Below are positions 10,467-19,677 of a stretch of 64,000 bases of DNA, piece by piece (position 1 is the stretch's first letter; every line of letters starts with the position of its first letter). This DNA comes from Candidatus Latescibacterota bacterium (GTDB lineage Bacteria > Latescibacterota > UBA2968 > GCA-2709665), in contig OZ244937.1 in assembly GCA_965222075.1 (NCBI GenBank), positions 3,808,001-3,872,000 on the forward strand. The letters run 5' to 3'. Both the position numbers and the translations under genes were made by a program. Below the pieces are notes generated by a model. It had not been told where the DNA came from, ran no database searches, and saw only the letters and a list, made by a program, of their open reading frames with translations.

Positions 10467-12227
10467 CTAAATAACCCCGCTCCCCGCCCTCCACGCCTCC
10501 CGGGTCGGCCGGATAGGAGCGGCGCGGACCACATTTTCCGGATCGTAGTCCAAAAGCTTCAGCCAGTCTTCGGTATTGTCCGTAGGCGGAAAAATCTCGT
10601 TCTCGGCATATTCGGCCTCGATGGCATGGAGTATATCCTCCATCGAGACCCCCTCCTCAACGCCCTTCGCAATCGAACGCCGGATGGCCAACTCCTTGGA
10701 CCGCCGGACAATCGACTCCAGGATCGCCCCGCTGCACAGGTCGCCTCGATGGAGAACCTCCTTGCGGGAACTGCGCAGGGTCACCTCCAGGAACCGGGTA
10801 TTGTCCCTGCGGGAAAAGATCTCCTCCACCGTCCGGTCCACAAGCGAGTCCACCGCCTGCTCCACATCGCCCCCGCACCGTTCCACCTCTTTCCGGTCAA
10901 TGGGCAAATCGGGCGTCAGGTAGATCTTCAGGATCTCCCGGCCTCCCTCTTTGTCCGGGCGCTCCACCTTGATCTTTCGATCGATCCGGCCGGGCCTCAA
11001 AAGCGCCGGATCGATCAGGTCCGGACGGTTGGAAGCCAGGATAATCACCACGTCCTGCAGCGACTCGATACCGTCCATCTCCGAGCAGAACATGGGCACC
11101 ACGGTATTTGAAATATTGTGCGACCGGATCGCCCGCCGGGTGCCTAATACCGACTCGGCCTCGTCGATAAAGACCACCGGCAGATAGCCCTCTTTCCGCT
11201 TTTCTCGCGCCCGGGCAAAAATCTCCCGCACCTGGCGTTCGGATTCGCCCAGCCACATGTTGAGAATCTCGGGACCCTTAACGTGCAGAAAGCACTCTCT
11301 CAGCGCCAGCCCGGCCTCCTGCCGCACCAGATTGTAAGCCGTGGCCTTCCCGATCAGCGTCTTCCCGCAGCCGGGGGGGCCGTAGAGCAAAAACCCTTTG
11401 GGTACGCTGTACTTGAACCGGGTGAAAAGCTCCGGATGGAGAACCGGCACCTCAATCGTATCCTTGATCGCCCCGATGGCCTCGCCCTGCCCCCCGATCT
11501 TCTCCCAGGGAATCTCCGGGATCTCTTCTAAGTAATAGTCCTTGACCTCCTTGCTCGGCATCTGCTCTAAAGCCACCCGGAAGTTGGGATCGATCCGGAC
11601 CTCCTCTCCCAATTTCAGGGACGCCTCCTCCAGGTCGCTCGATCGGATCAGGATCGCGGCCTGCAGCCCGTGCTCCTGCCCCACCCGCAGCCGTCCATCG
11701 TCTAAAATGTCCACGATCTTACCCACCGGCCCCGAAGCAGAATAGCCCAGATCCCCCACCACCGCAAAGGCCTCGTTTACCAAAACGCGCGTACCCACCC
11801 TCAGCTCGTCTTCCTTTAACCGCGTGTCCAGGTTGGCATAATATTCCGAGCCCCCCACAAAAATGTAGACCACCCCGTTCTCCGGCGGCTCTAAGAGCGT
11901 TCCAACCCGGTTTGCCGGGGCCGTCACCTTCTCCAGTGCGGCCTCCATCTCCACAATGGTCCGCCTGGCCTCCTCAAAGGTAATCTCATCCTCCTGGAGC
12001 TGCCGCCGGAGCTGGTAAAGCAGCGGACGCCGCCGGTCCTTTTCGTCCATCGACATCAAAATCTGATCGATAATGGACAGCGACTTGAAGGTATGCTGCA
12101 TGTCCACATAATCCTGAAGAAAGTCATCCGGAGACTTTCTCGGCCGGTCTGGGTCCTGTGGCCGGTTAATAGGACTCACCCCCTCAAAATAGGACCGTAC
12201 ACGCAGTACGGGACCTTCTTGCTGCAA
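10467..12227 (-). CDS. arc: Proteasome-associated AAA+ ATPase (ARC/Mpa)
   Basis: N-terminal coiled coil and OB domains, GPPGCGKT, VKGPEILNMWLGESER, VFIDEAES, SNRPDLIDPALLRPGRIDRKI. Confidence 0.92.
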   Translation of the reverse strand: MQQEGPVLRVRSYFEGVSPINRPQDPDRPRKSPDDFLQDYVDMQHTFKSLSIIDQILMSMDEKDRRRPLLYQLRRQLQEDEITFEEARRTIVEMEAALEKVTAPANRVGTLLEPPENGVVYIFVGGSEYYANLDTRLKEDELRVGTRVLVNEAFAVVGDLGYSASGPVGKIVDILDDGRLRVGQEHGLQAAILIRSSDLEEASLKLGEEVRIDPNFRVALEQMPSKEVKDYYLEEIPEIPWEKIGGQGEAIGAIKDTIEVPVLHPELFTRFKYSVPKGFLLYGPPGCGKTLIGKATAYNLVRQEAGLALRECFLHVKGPEILNMWLGESERQVREIFARAREKRKEGYLPVVFIDEAESVLGTRRAIRSHNISNTVVPMFCSEMDGIESLQDVVIILASNRPDLIDPALLRPGRIDRKIKVERPDKEGGREILKIYLTPDLPIDRKEVERCGGDVEQAVDSLVDRTVEEIFSRRDNTRFLEVTLRSSRKEVLHRGDLCSGAILESIVRRSKELAIRRSIAKGVEEGVSMEDILHAIEAEYAENEIFPPTDNTEDWLKLLDYDPENVVRAAPIRPTREAWRAGSGVI

Positions 12228-12248
12228 ACGCTCAACTTCCCATTCCTT

Positions 12249-12277
12249 AGTTTAGCACAAGTCCATACCAATGTCAA
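12249..12277 (-). promoter_or_regulatory. Sigma70-type promoter of the proteasome operon
   Basis: Minus strand TTGACA-17 nt-TAAACT with TG extension, about 20 nt upstream of the arc TTG start. Confidence 0.7.
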
Positions 12278-12434
12278 GCAAAGACCTGATCCCCCCAAAA
12301 GGCTGCCTGTCCTACCTGATTCTTTTCATTCCGCTTCGAGATAGTCGCTGTACCAGAGACCGCCCAACGGCAACTCTCCGCGACTATGTTGTTCACGATC
12401 GGATCGTCGCTTGCCCGGCGAATTACGGTATTTT

Positions 12435-12995
12435 TCATCGCGCTTCGAGACGCCTGGCAAGGTCATCGAAATCATCGGGACATTTCTGCCGAATCGCGTC
12501 AATCCGGCGCGATGCCTCTTCTCCCAGAGGCTTTCGACCACCGCCGGGTGCGTCCGATAAGCCGCGCCGGGCGACAAGTGGCTCGAAGTACCGTTCCTTG
12601 ATCTGTACTTCGGCTCGAACGGTCTTCCAATTCCAATCTACGGGCAAATCCAGACCCGCGAGGACCCAGGTTTCGATCTCTTCCCAGGCATTCTCGGCCA
12701 GGAATACCCGAGCATCCCCAAACTCCTGCTCCATCTCCTGGAGCCTCTGACGCCGCCCTTCCTCGCCATCGCGATCAACGCACAAAATGAATATCTGCGT
12801 CATTCCGCCATGTCGCCTTATGATCTCCGAAATACGGCTTGATTTCAGCGCTTCGTGGACGCCGCCAAGCACGGGGTCTTCGCACACCCGGATTCGTGTC
12901 CTTCGTTTGCCTATGGAGCGAAAGAGCGACTTGAACAGAGGTTTCAGAATGAACTTGTCCTTACGAGAATCTTCGGGAATGATGAGGACGTTCAT
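12435..12995 (-). CDS. TOPRIM-like (DUF4276/RloB-like) putative nuclease, partner of the AAA ATPase
   Basis: MNVLIIPED, ILCVDRDG (DxD) and EEIETWVLA; ATGA overlap with the ATPase stop. Confidence 0.55.
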   Translation of the reverse strand: MNVLIIPEDSRKDKFILKPLFKSLFRSIGKRRTRIRVCEDPVLGGVHEALKSSRISEIIRRHGGMTQIFILCVDRDGEEGRRQRLQEMEQEFGDARVFLAENAWEEIETWVLAGLDLPVDWNWKTVRAEVQIKERYFEPLVARRGLSDAPGGGRKPLGEEASRRIDAIRQKCPDDFDDLARRLEAR

Positions 12996-14239
12996 TCTCC
13001 GTCTCCCTCCGCTTCGCCGTGGTTTTCGGTAAAGGCGAGTGCGGTTTCCATCCAGCCTTCGGTAAGCAGCCCTCCCAACCCTCTCCCGGATGTGCGCAAC
13101 GCCTTGGCGTTGGGCAGTTCGGCAACCGGGCGAATGATGGCGTCGTGCGAGTCTTCCAGCCGGCAAACGACGGACATATTTTCAAATGTGCTATCGTTGA
13201 CAAAGGTCAACAGATCCGGCGCCTGGGTGGTGGTAATCACCTGAACTTCTCCCTTTGCGGCCTGCTTTTCGATCAGTTCGAGCAAGAGCCATTGCCGCGC
13301 CGGGTGAATGCCAGTGTCGATCTCCTCAAAGAAATACAGGTCCTTGAGGTTTTCGCGAAGCAGCACGGCCAGCATGGCGAGGAAGCGGAGCGTGCCGTCA
13401 GATGCGCTGTAGGCCGACACTTTTCGGCCGTTTCCCTCGCAGAGCATGAGATGAACCCGACCGCTGGGGTCACGCGGGAACTCGAAATCTTCGACATCCA
13501 TGGGGGTGAGCTCGCGTAGCCAATCGGCCAGAATCTTCTTCCGCTTGGGATCGGCGCAGATTTCCTCCAGTACCGTCGACAAATTCTCACCGAAATCGCC
13601 CAACACGTTCGCGCCGGGGGCAGAGGGCTCCCGCATTCGTTCCGGCGCCAGTTCCGGAAAATGTATGCTGAACAGGATGACGCAGACTTTCAACATCTTT
13701 ACGAGGTGCTTCCTGAATGCTTCCTTGCTGACTGCTTTAACGCGGAGATGTTCCATAAGCTGCATCAGAACTGCTCGATCTGATTCAAGCAAAATCTCTT
13801 CCTGCTCCCTGCCCCACGCGCCGCGAACCCTGAGATCCACACCGTCACTGTGAGCTATGTAGATCGTCTCTGATTCGACTTTGAGTTCTTCTTTTTTTAC
13901 TTGAAATATACCGGGGGGGTTTTCGTCAGGACCGACCTCAATCACATAGTGCGCCCTCCCATCGTCTATCTTCATCTCAACCTCAATAGAAAACATCTCT
14001 TGCCCAAACCGCACAATCTCATTTGGAGCGCCGCGGATCGGCTTCCAGTCTGCGCCGTACTTCCCGCCAAGAATATCCGCCAGCGTGTAGCCGCGGCTGA
14101 TGCCGTGCAGGAAGCGGAAGGCGTCGCGGATATTGCTCTTGCCGCTCGCGTTCGCGCCCACGATTACCGTGAACGGGCCTACGCGCAGCGTCTCGTCCGC
14201 GAAGTTCTTAAAATTCACGAGGCGAATCGACGTAATCAT
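12992..14239 (-). CDS. AAA_21/ABC-type ATPase (AbiEii/SMC-like)
   Basis: IRLVNFKNF, Walker A GANASGKSN, signature SDGTLRFL, Walker B FFEEIDTGIHP, QVITTTQ. Confidence 0.85.
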   Translation of the reverse strand: MITSIRLVNFKNFADETLRVGPFTVIVGANASGKSNIRDAFRFLHGISRGYTLADILGGKYGADWKPIRGAPNEIVRFGQEMFSIEVEMKIDDGRAHYVIEVGPDENPPGIFQVKKEELKVESETIYIAHSDGVDLRVRGAWGREQEEILLESDRAVLMQLMEHLRVKAVSKEAFRKHLVKMLKVCVILFSIHFPELAPERMREPSAPGANVLGDFGENLSTVLEEICADPKRKKILADWLRELTPMDVEDFEFPRDPSGRVHLMLCEGNGRKVSAYSASDGTLRFLAMLAVLLRENLKDLYFFEEIDTGIHPARQWLLLELIEKQAAKGEVQVITTTQAPDLLTFVNDSTFENMSVVCRLEDSHDAIIRPVAELPNAKALRTSGRGLGGLLTEGWMETALAFTENHGEAEGDGE

Positions 14240-14257
14240 CGGACTTCCTTCGGTTGA

Positions 14258-14530
14258 CTATTCAATGTTGTGCACGTACCGGAAGCCACCGCTGTATGCT
14301 GCGCGATGGCCGACGCGCACTCCGTATGTGACGGCCGACGGCCGCCGCTCCAAAAGCCGCCGCGTAGCCACCGCGTCCCCTGCGTCGATCTCATAGTCGC
14401 CGGTCTCAACGTCGATAACTACGAATTTTCCTTTCTCCGCCGGCTCAACTTTAGACTGGATCTGTTCTCGGTAAATGGCTTCCCCCTGGGCTGATATCTC
14501 CCCGGGGCCGTAAGTGCGATCTGCCCCCAT
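14258..14530 (-). CDS. Small DUF5678-like hypothetical protein
   Basis: GEAIY..I, GKFVVIDVETGDYEID, RVG motifs of the family often paired with clan-AA aspartic proteases; AGGAGG RBS. Confidence 0.6.
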   Translation of the reverse strand: MGADRTYGPGEISAQGEAIYREQIQSKVEPAEKGKFVVIDVETGDYEIDAGDAVATRRLLERRPSAVTYGVRVGHRAAYSGGFRYVHNIE

Positions 14531-14559
14531 GCTGTTCCTCCTGTCTCGATCTCGTCCGC

Positions 14560-14685
14560 AGGCTCTTGAGCCGCACGGCCGGCAACTTCTTCAGTTGCTG
14601 GTTGAGCGCATCGACTTCAATACTCAGGGACTCCGGAGCCGTTACCCCGAGCAACGGCTCGGCATTCGCCTCCCCAACCCTGTGC
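14560..14685 (-). pseudogene. C-terminal fragment of a clan-AA (retropepsin-like) aspartic protease
   Basis: GEANAEPLLGVTAPESLSIEVDALNQQLKKLPAVRLK resembles the EPLLG..ALE..G.EVDP terminus; the N-terminal DTG catalytic part is absent. Confidence 0.5.
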
Positions 14686-14729
14686 TCGCACGAAGCGTAC
14701 ATCGTTGGCGCAATGGAATGCCACAAAGA

Positions 14730-15335
14730 TCAAAGCGGCAGATGGGGGCCTATGTATCCAATTTCAATTTCTCGCGAGTCTGCGTCGAAACGAAGGTGAA
14801 TGCGCACACCGCTGCCAAGCCGGGCGTGCCATTCAAACAATTCTCGCGTGCCACGCCGCGACCTGAATCGACGTGCGTCGAGTAGTTTCTCATTATTCCT
14901 CACCCTCTCGCTTTCGGGAGTCACTTTGCAGGGCCACCGGGGGCTGGCCCCTCCGACGTCGCGCCATTCGGCAGCCGACTTATCAAGATCGGTGAGCCTT
15001 CTAACAATGGGCCCGAAAAACTCCGATGGCATTTCGACATCCGGCCCGAAAACAAGATTCGGGAACGCCTTTTCCCTTTGCTCCCACAATGCCGAGGGAC
15101 TCTGGAGAAGAAAGGCCGCACGGTGGCGCTCGCAGATCAAGCGAGCGTGAACGGATCGAGCAAGATTGTCTATTGTTTCGGAGGTTTCCTCAATGCTTTC
15201 GTCGAGCAGTAGCTCGCTGAAACTGACCGCGAGACGGTCGCTATCCCAGACCGGGTCCGACGGAAACCCGACGGCAATCCAATCGGTGATGGCACACAAG
15301 ACAAGCGGCTCTCCGTCTTCTGGCGGCAACTCTTT
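14730..15335 (-). pseudogene. N-terminally deleted effector gene (Menshen NsnC-like; RelE-like C-terminus)
   Basis: Ends FEWHARLG.G.RIHLRFD...IEIGYIGPHLP; lacks its own start and is joined out of frame to an ATPase stub. Confidence 0.5.
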
Positions 15336-15412
15336 AGCGTAAGCGGCGCGCAATTCAACTCCAGACTTTGGAAGCACTTGAAATTCGACAGCTTGATCTT
15401 TCTGAGCATCAC
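15335..15412 (-). pseudogene. 5' stub (about 26 codons) of an AAA/DUF3696-type ATPase
   Basis: MLRKIKLSNFKCFQSLELNCAPLTL breaks off just before the expected Walker A; GTGA overlap with the DUF262 stop. Confidence 0.6.
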
Positions 15413-16639
15413 ACCATCTCCCTGACCATCTTTTTGATTGCACTGAAGCGTTTTTTCACGTGTCTTGGTATTCCGGTCGAGGACGAGATTGCCTTATCGA
15501 AATCACTGTCTTCGTTCATAAGTGATATGAACCGATCTATGACTTCCTCACGTTTCTCGACAAGTCTACCGATCTGCTCGGGAGAGCATCGCGCCAGTTG
15601 AACGCTCCAGGCTTCGAACAACGCCTTACTGACCGGGAAACGGGAAACATCCCGATTGTAACGCTTACGAAACGCATCGTCGACAAAAATACAACGAGCT
15701 GCACGCATTGCTTTCTTGAAATCTTCAGCGACGGCTTCGCGTCGTTCCGGAGTCATCTTGTTGATCTTCGTCATGGTCCGTCCGAGATAGCCATCGAGAT
15801 CATTGGCGTCATAGTCCTCCCAGGGATGACGTAAAAGGCCAGAAAGCGCAAAACGCACTCGCGGTCGGCCATTCGATCTTCTCTGATCGAATGAACAGTG
15901 ACATCCTCGGTATTAGCGAGTTCTTTCAGGTATTCTCGAACCGGGCCGGGATACAGCATTTCGGATTTCCTGCGTCATACCGCCGGTATTGATACGTCGA
16001 AAAATATTGAACATCACGTCCTCGGGCGTTCCCGACTCAATAATATTCACCACAAGTTGGGTCTCACCGATCCGCCGCTGCATCGCCCGCGGCAGGTCTA
16101 TATGTCTGTCCATTGAGTTGGTCGAGATATTCGAGTCGGCTCAAGGAAAATTGGCCTGTAGCGTAGTTATAAATAGTGGACATACGCTGGACGCCGTCAA
16201 CCACGGACCAATTTTCTTTCTCATCCGCAGCCACATAGAACACGGGGATGGGAATGCGCAAGAGCAGGGATTCTATCAACCGAGACTGGCGTTCCGTTTT
16301 CCAGATGAACGAGCGCTGAAAGGGCGGCTCCAGATTGATCTCATCATACTTGATCCTCGCAACAAGCTGTTCCACGACGATATTAGCCGTCCGAACCTTT
16401 ATTTTCTCCGGATCAAATGGCCGTTCGATCTTGATCTCCGGATCGTCCCGTTCGACTTCTACGCCACTGTCTTGTTCTCCCTCAATGTCATCATCCGATT
16501 GAGAACTCATGGCGGCAATACCGGACTGCATTGCCGGTATATGTTCCTGGTTGCCGTCCTGGTCCTGGCCTGGTTGTTCCGGATTGTTATCTGTGCCGGC
16601 TGTCAGCCTGCGAGAGTTGGAGAGGAGTTCTTCAGGCAT
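15409..16639 (-). pseudogene. DUF262 (ParB-like) protein, frameshifted into four pieces
   Basis: FQRSFIW..QSRLIESLLLRIPIP, VVDGVQR, FNIFRRINTGG, DRECVLRF and SKALFEAW lie across ORFs 16064-16639, 15913-16113, 15771-15959 and 15409-15858. Confidence 0.8.
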
Positions 16640-16849
16640 CTCAAATCCTTTGGTCCCATCGGTTGTGGAGAGGTATGTACTTGCGGACTCAAGTGTCCAT
16701 GTTATTGCCGATCACATCCCCCACACCGGGTTCGCTTCGCGCCGCACTGGACCGCCCTCGGTTAGCAAGGCGCCCTTCTTTTTCGGCCCCGAATAAGAAC
16801 ACAACAGGAGTTTCGTTGCAATCCGAAAGGTTATTTTCCAAACAGCTTC

Positions 16850-17614
16850 TTATACTGGCGGAAGCATCTCCGCTGCATTCCGCCACGCAATCCGCTCTTT
16901 AACCCACCTGGGGGCATCCAGAACATCCAACTTCAAAAACTGGGGCGTAGGAACGTTGAACGGCATCCCCGTCCCAAACGCCACGTGCCGGGGTCCTGCG
17001 GTTTCCAACAGCGCCTGGATCGTCTTCTGAAGCACCGCTGTTTGACGGGAAATTTCCACCAGAAACCGGGCCTGGGCAGGCAACCTGTTTCCATTCAGCC
17101 CCACGCCATTCAAAACCATCCATCGGGTCTTGGGACGCAGGGCAAAAGCCTTCTCAAACACACCGGGCGTCAGATCCTCCGCCAGGTCCCACCGGTGCCG
17201 CTGCCGCCGGTCCACCACCCGCATCGGAACCTGCACAGCCCATCCCAACTCCGACGCCGCATCCACCAGCTCCAGCCCCGACGCATCGGTCAACCCGTAT
17301 CCGTGGTAGTGCGGGTAAAGCCGAATTCCGCACAACTCCAGGTCCTCCGCACACCGCCGCAGGTCCTCCTCCCACCCCGCATAAGTCGGATTGAGCGTGG
17401 CAAACGGGATCAGCCGATCCCGAAAACGGCATGTCTCCCTGGCCAGTTCCTCGTTGGCCGCGTGGGCATCCTTGTAAAAAATACCGTGAACCGAAGAAAC
17501 CACGGCCCGGTCAATACCGTGCCGATCCATCTGTTTCACCAGCGCCTGGGCCGTATTGTGCCGCAGTTGGCGGAAGGGCCAGTGTCCAACATAGGTGTTA
17601 ACGTCAATAACCAT
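16850..17614 (-). CDS. Amidohydrolase_2 family protein
   Basis: MVIDVNTYVGHWPFR, GIRLYPHYHGY, VAFGTGMP; start at ATG 17614. Confidence 0.75.
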   Translation of the reverse strand: MVIDVNTYVGHWPFRQLRHNTAQALVKQMDRHGIDRAVVSSVHGIFYKDAHAANEELARETCRFRDRLIPFATLNPTYAGWEEDLRRCAEDLELCGIRLYPHYHGYGLTDASGLELVDAASELGWAVQVPMRVVDRRQRHRWDLAEDLTPGVFEKAFALRPKTRWMVLNGVGLNGNRLPAQARFLVEISRQTAVLQKTIQALLETAGPRHVAFGTGMPFNVPTPQFLKLDVLDAPRWVKERIAWRNAAEMLPPV

Positions 17615-17678
17615 TTTAGACCGATCCTTCCAGGACATTTGCAGAACGCATTGTAGCAAGCGCAGGAACGCGCCCCTC

Positions 17679-18719
17679 CTATCTTGGCTCCTGGGGATAC
17701 AGGTCCGCCACATATTTGTCATACCCGTTGAACAACAGCGTCGGCCGCCGCTCAGGACTCCCCGCATCGGTCGTAATGAACTTTTCCGTGGCCTGAGACC
17801 ACCGGGGGTGGGAGACATTGGGGTTGACATTGGCATAAAAGCCGTATTCTCTTGGAACCAGCGTATTCCAGAACGTCTTGGGCTGCTCGCGGACAAACTC
17901 AATCGCAACAATCGACTTGATACTCTTAAAACCGTACTTCCAGGGAACCACCAGCCGGATAACCGCCCCGTGTTGATTGGGCATTGCATGGCCGTAAATC
18001 CCCGTAGCCAAAAAGGCGAGTTCGTTTGCAGCCTCTTCAATCGTCAACCCCTCCACATAGGGCCACGGCCAGTGGGTATTTTTAAACTGGCCGGGGGCCT
18101 CTTCCGGCTTCATAAAAGTAGTCATCCTCACAAATTTTGCCGAAGAAAGCGGTTGCACCTCATCCAAAAGCGCCTTCATCGGAAAACCCGTCCACGGGAC
18201 CGCAATAGACCACGCCTCCACACACCGCAGGCGGTAAAGCCGTTCCTCCAGCGGCATTTTTCGGACCAGATCGTCAAAATCGTACGTCATCTCCTTCTGG
18301 ACCTCTCCCTTGACCACCACCGTCCAGGGGTCCGTCGTCAACTTTTCCGACAGGGCCTTCACCTGAGTCTTTCCAGTGCTGAATTCATAAAAATTGTTGT
18401 ACGACCCGGCAACCGACTCCTTGGTCAAAGCCCGGTCCAACGCCTTAAATTCCGGATTCACCTTGGCCGGGTACAGCGGCCCCGTTGTGGGCGTGGGCGT
18501 CGTGGGCGTCGTCGTCGTGGGCGTACTTGTATCTGGTGTCGGCGGTGTTACTTCCGGTGTTTCGGCAGGGGTAAAAATCGCCTCGCTGCCACACCCGGCC
18601 AGCAGGCCCACCGCGCCTATCCCCGTTGCCCCCGCGGCCTTCATAAACCGCCGCCGGTTCATGTAAACATCTTCAGACGTTGCCTCTCTGTCGGGTATTT
18701 CCCAGCCTCGTTTTTTCAT
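17679..18719 (-). CDS. msrP: Protein-methionine-sulfoxide reductase catalytic subunit MsrP (YedY)
   Basis: Tat motif NRRRFMK, YNNFYEF, ERLYRLRCVEAWS, RLVVPWKYGFKSIKSI, EYGFYANVNP..HPRWSQATE. Confidence 0.92.
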   Translation of the reverse strand: MKKRGWEIPDREATSEDVYMNRRRFMKAAGATGIGAVGLLAGCGSEAIFTPAETPEVTPPTPDTSTPTTTTPTTPTPTTGPLYPAKVNPEFKALDRALTKESVAGSYNNFYEFSTGKTQVKALSEKLTTDPWTVVVKGEVQKEMTYDFDDLVRKMPLEERLYRLRCVEAWSIAVPWTGFPMKALLDEVQPLSSAKFVRMTTFMKPEEAPGQFKNTHWPWPYVEGLTIEEAANELAFLATGIYGHAMPNQHGAVIRLVVPWKYGFKSIKSIVAIEFVREQPKTFWNTLVPREYGFYANVNPNVSHPRWSQATEKFITTDAGSPERRPTLLFNGYDKYVADLYPQEPR

Positions 18720-18821
18720 ACAACCCTCCTTTTCTTTCCCGGCTCAAACACAAATGTAGAAAATTCATCCCCCCTGTGCCAAACGGATTTGGAAGCTCTC
18801 ATTCCGCAATCCGCAATCGGT

Positions 18822-19673
18822 TCACCGTTTAAACGCCACCCCGAACAAGAGCATATGCCCGGCGGATGTATTGCAGCCCCCTGCAACAGAAACAAGATCC
18901 ACGCCCAGCTCCATCCAATCGGTTAAACGCAAAATCACCCCAGGAGAGAGCTTCAGGATGTTCTGATCTCCAATCAGCTCTACCTCTCCCATTGGGTTGC
19001 ACTCTCCGGACGTATGGATGCCCGACACACTCCCTTTCAACAGCAGCCGATTCAGCATAATACCGGCCTCCAGGAAATACAACACCTCATTGCTGAAAAA
19101 CCCGTCGCGGATCCGGTAGCCGACCTCTCCGGTCACATATCCCGGGAAGGGATATAAAGACCGGCCCAGCAGAAGCCGGACGTCCACATCCGCCTCCTTG
19201 CTGCTCAGGGGAACGCGGGTGCCGTTGTCCTCGCCGTACCACAGCGGGACTTTGCCCCCCGCGGCAACCGAGACAACCAGCGGCTGGCTGGCCAGGCGCC
19301 ACCGCAGGCGCACCTCCAGGTCGCCAAACCCGGACCGCTTCTCCAGCGCGGTCCCCGTAACAACCGAATTGAGATCCCTCAGAGTGCGGATATCCCGAAG
19401 CCGTTTATAGGGCGCCGACGCCACAAGCGTCAGCCGGTCCAGCAGGCCGTACTCCAGATAGGCCGAATAATTGAGGTCTCTCAATTCCCCCATACTCGCC
19501 TTCTCTACCTGCTTGCCATCCGCATCGATATCCTTTGTCGAATTCAAATAGCCCGCTGCAAGCTTGAAATAATAGCCCCCCCACTTCTGGGTCCACGCCC
19601 CGGCAAACGCCGCACACGTTATGCCCCAGGAGACGGTACACACACACACAAAAAGCAGAATTCGACTGGCCAT
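18822..19673 (-). CDS. Putative outer-membrane beta-barrel (MetA-pathway/transporter-like)
   Basis: Signal peptide ending AFA-GAWTQ, YLEYGL.D.LTL, GFGDLEV, amphipathic strands, aromatic C-terminus. Confidence 0.55.
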   Translation of the reverse strand: MASRILLFVCVCTVSWGITCAAFAGAWTQKWGGYYFKLAAGYLNSTKDIDADGKQVEKASMGELRDLNYSAYLEYGLLDRLTLVASAPYKRLRDIRTLRDLNSVVTGTALEKRSGFGDLEVRLRWRLASQPLVVSVAAGGKVPLWYGEDNGTRVPLSSKEADVDVRLLLGRSLYPFPGYVTGEVGYRIRDGFFSNEVLYFLEAGIMLNRLLLKGSVSGIHTSGECNPMGEVELIGDQNILKLSPGVILRLTDWMELGVDLVSVAGGCNTSAGHMLLFGVAFKR

Positions 19674-19677
19674 GGCG

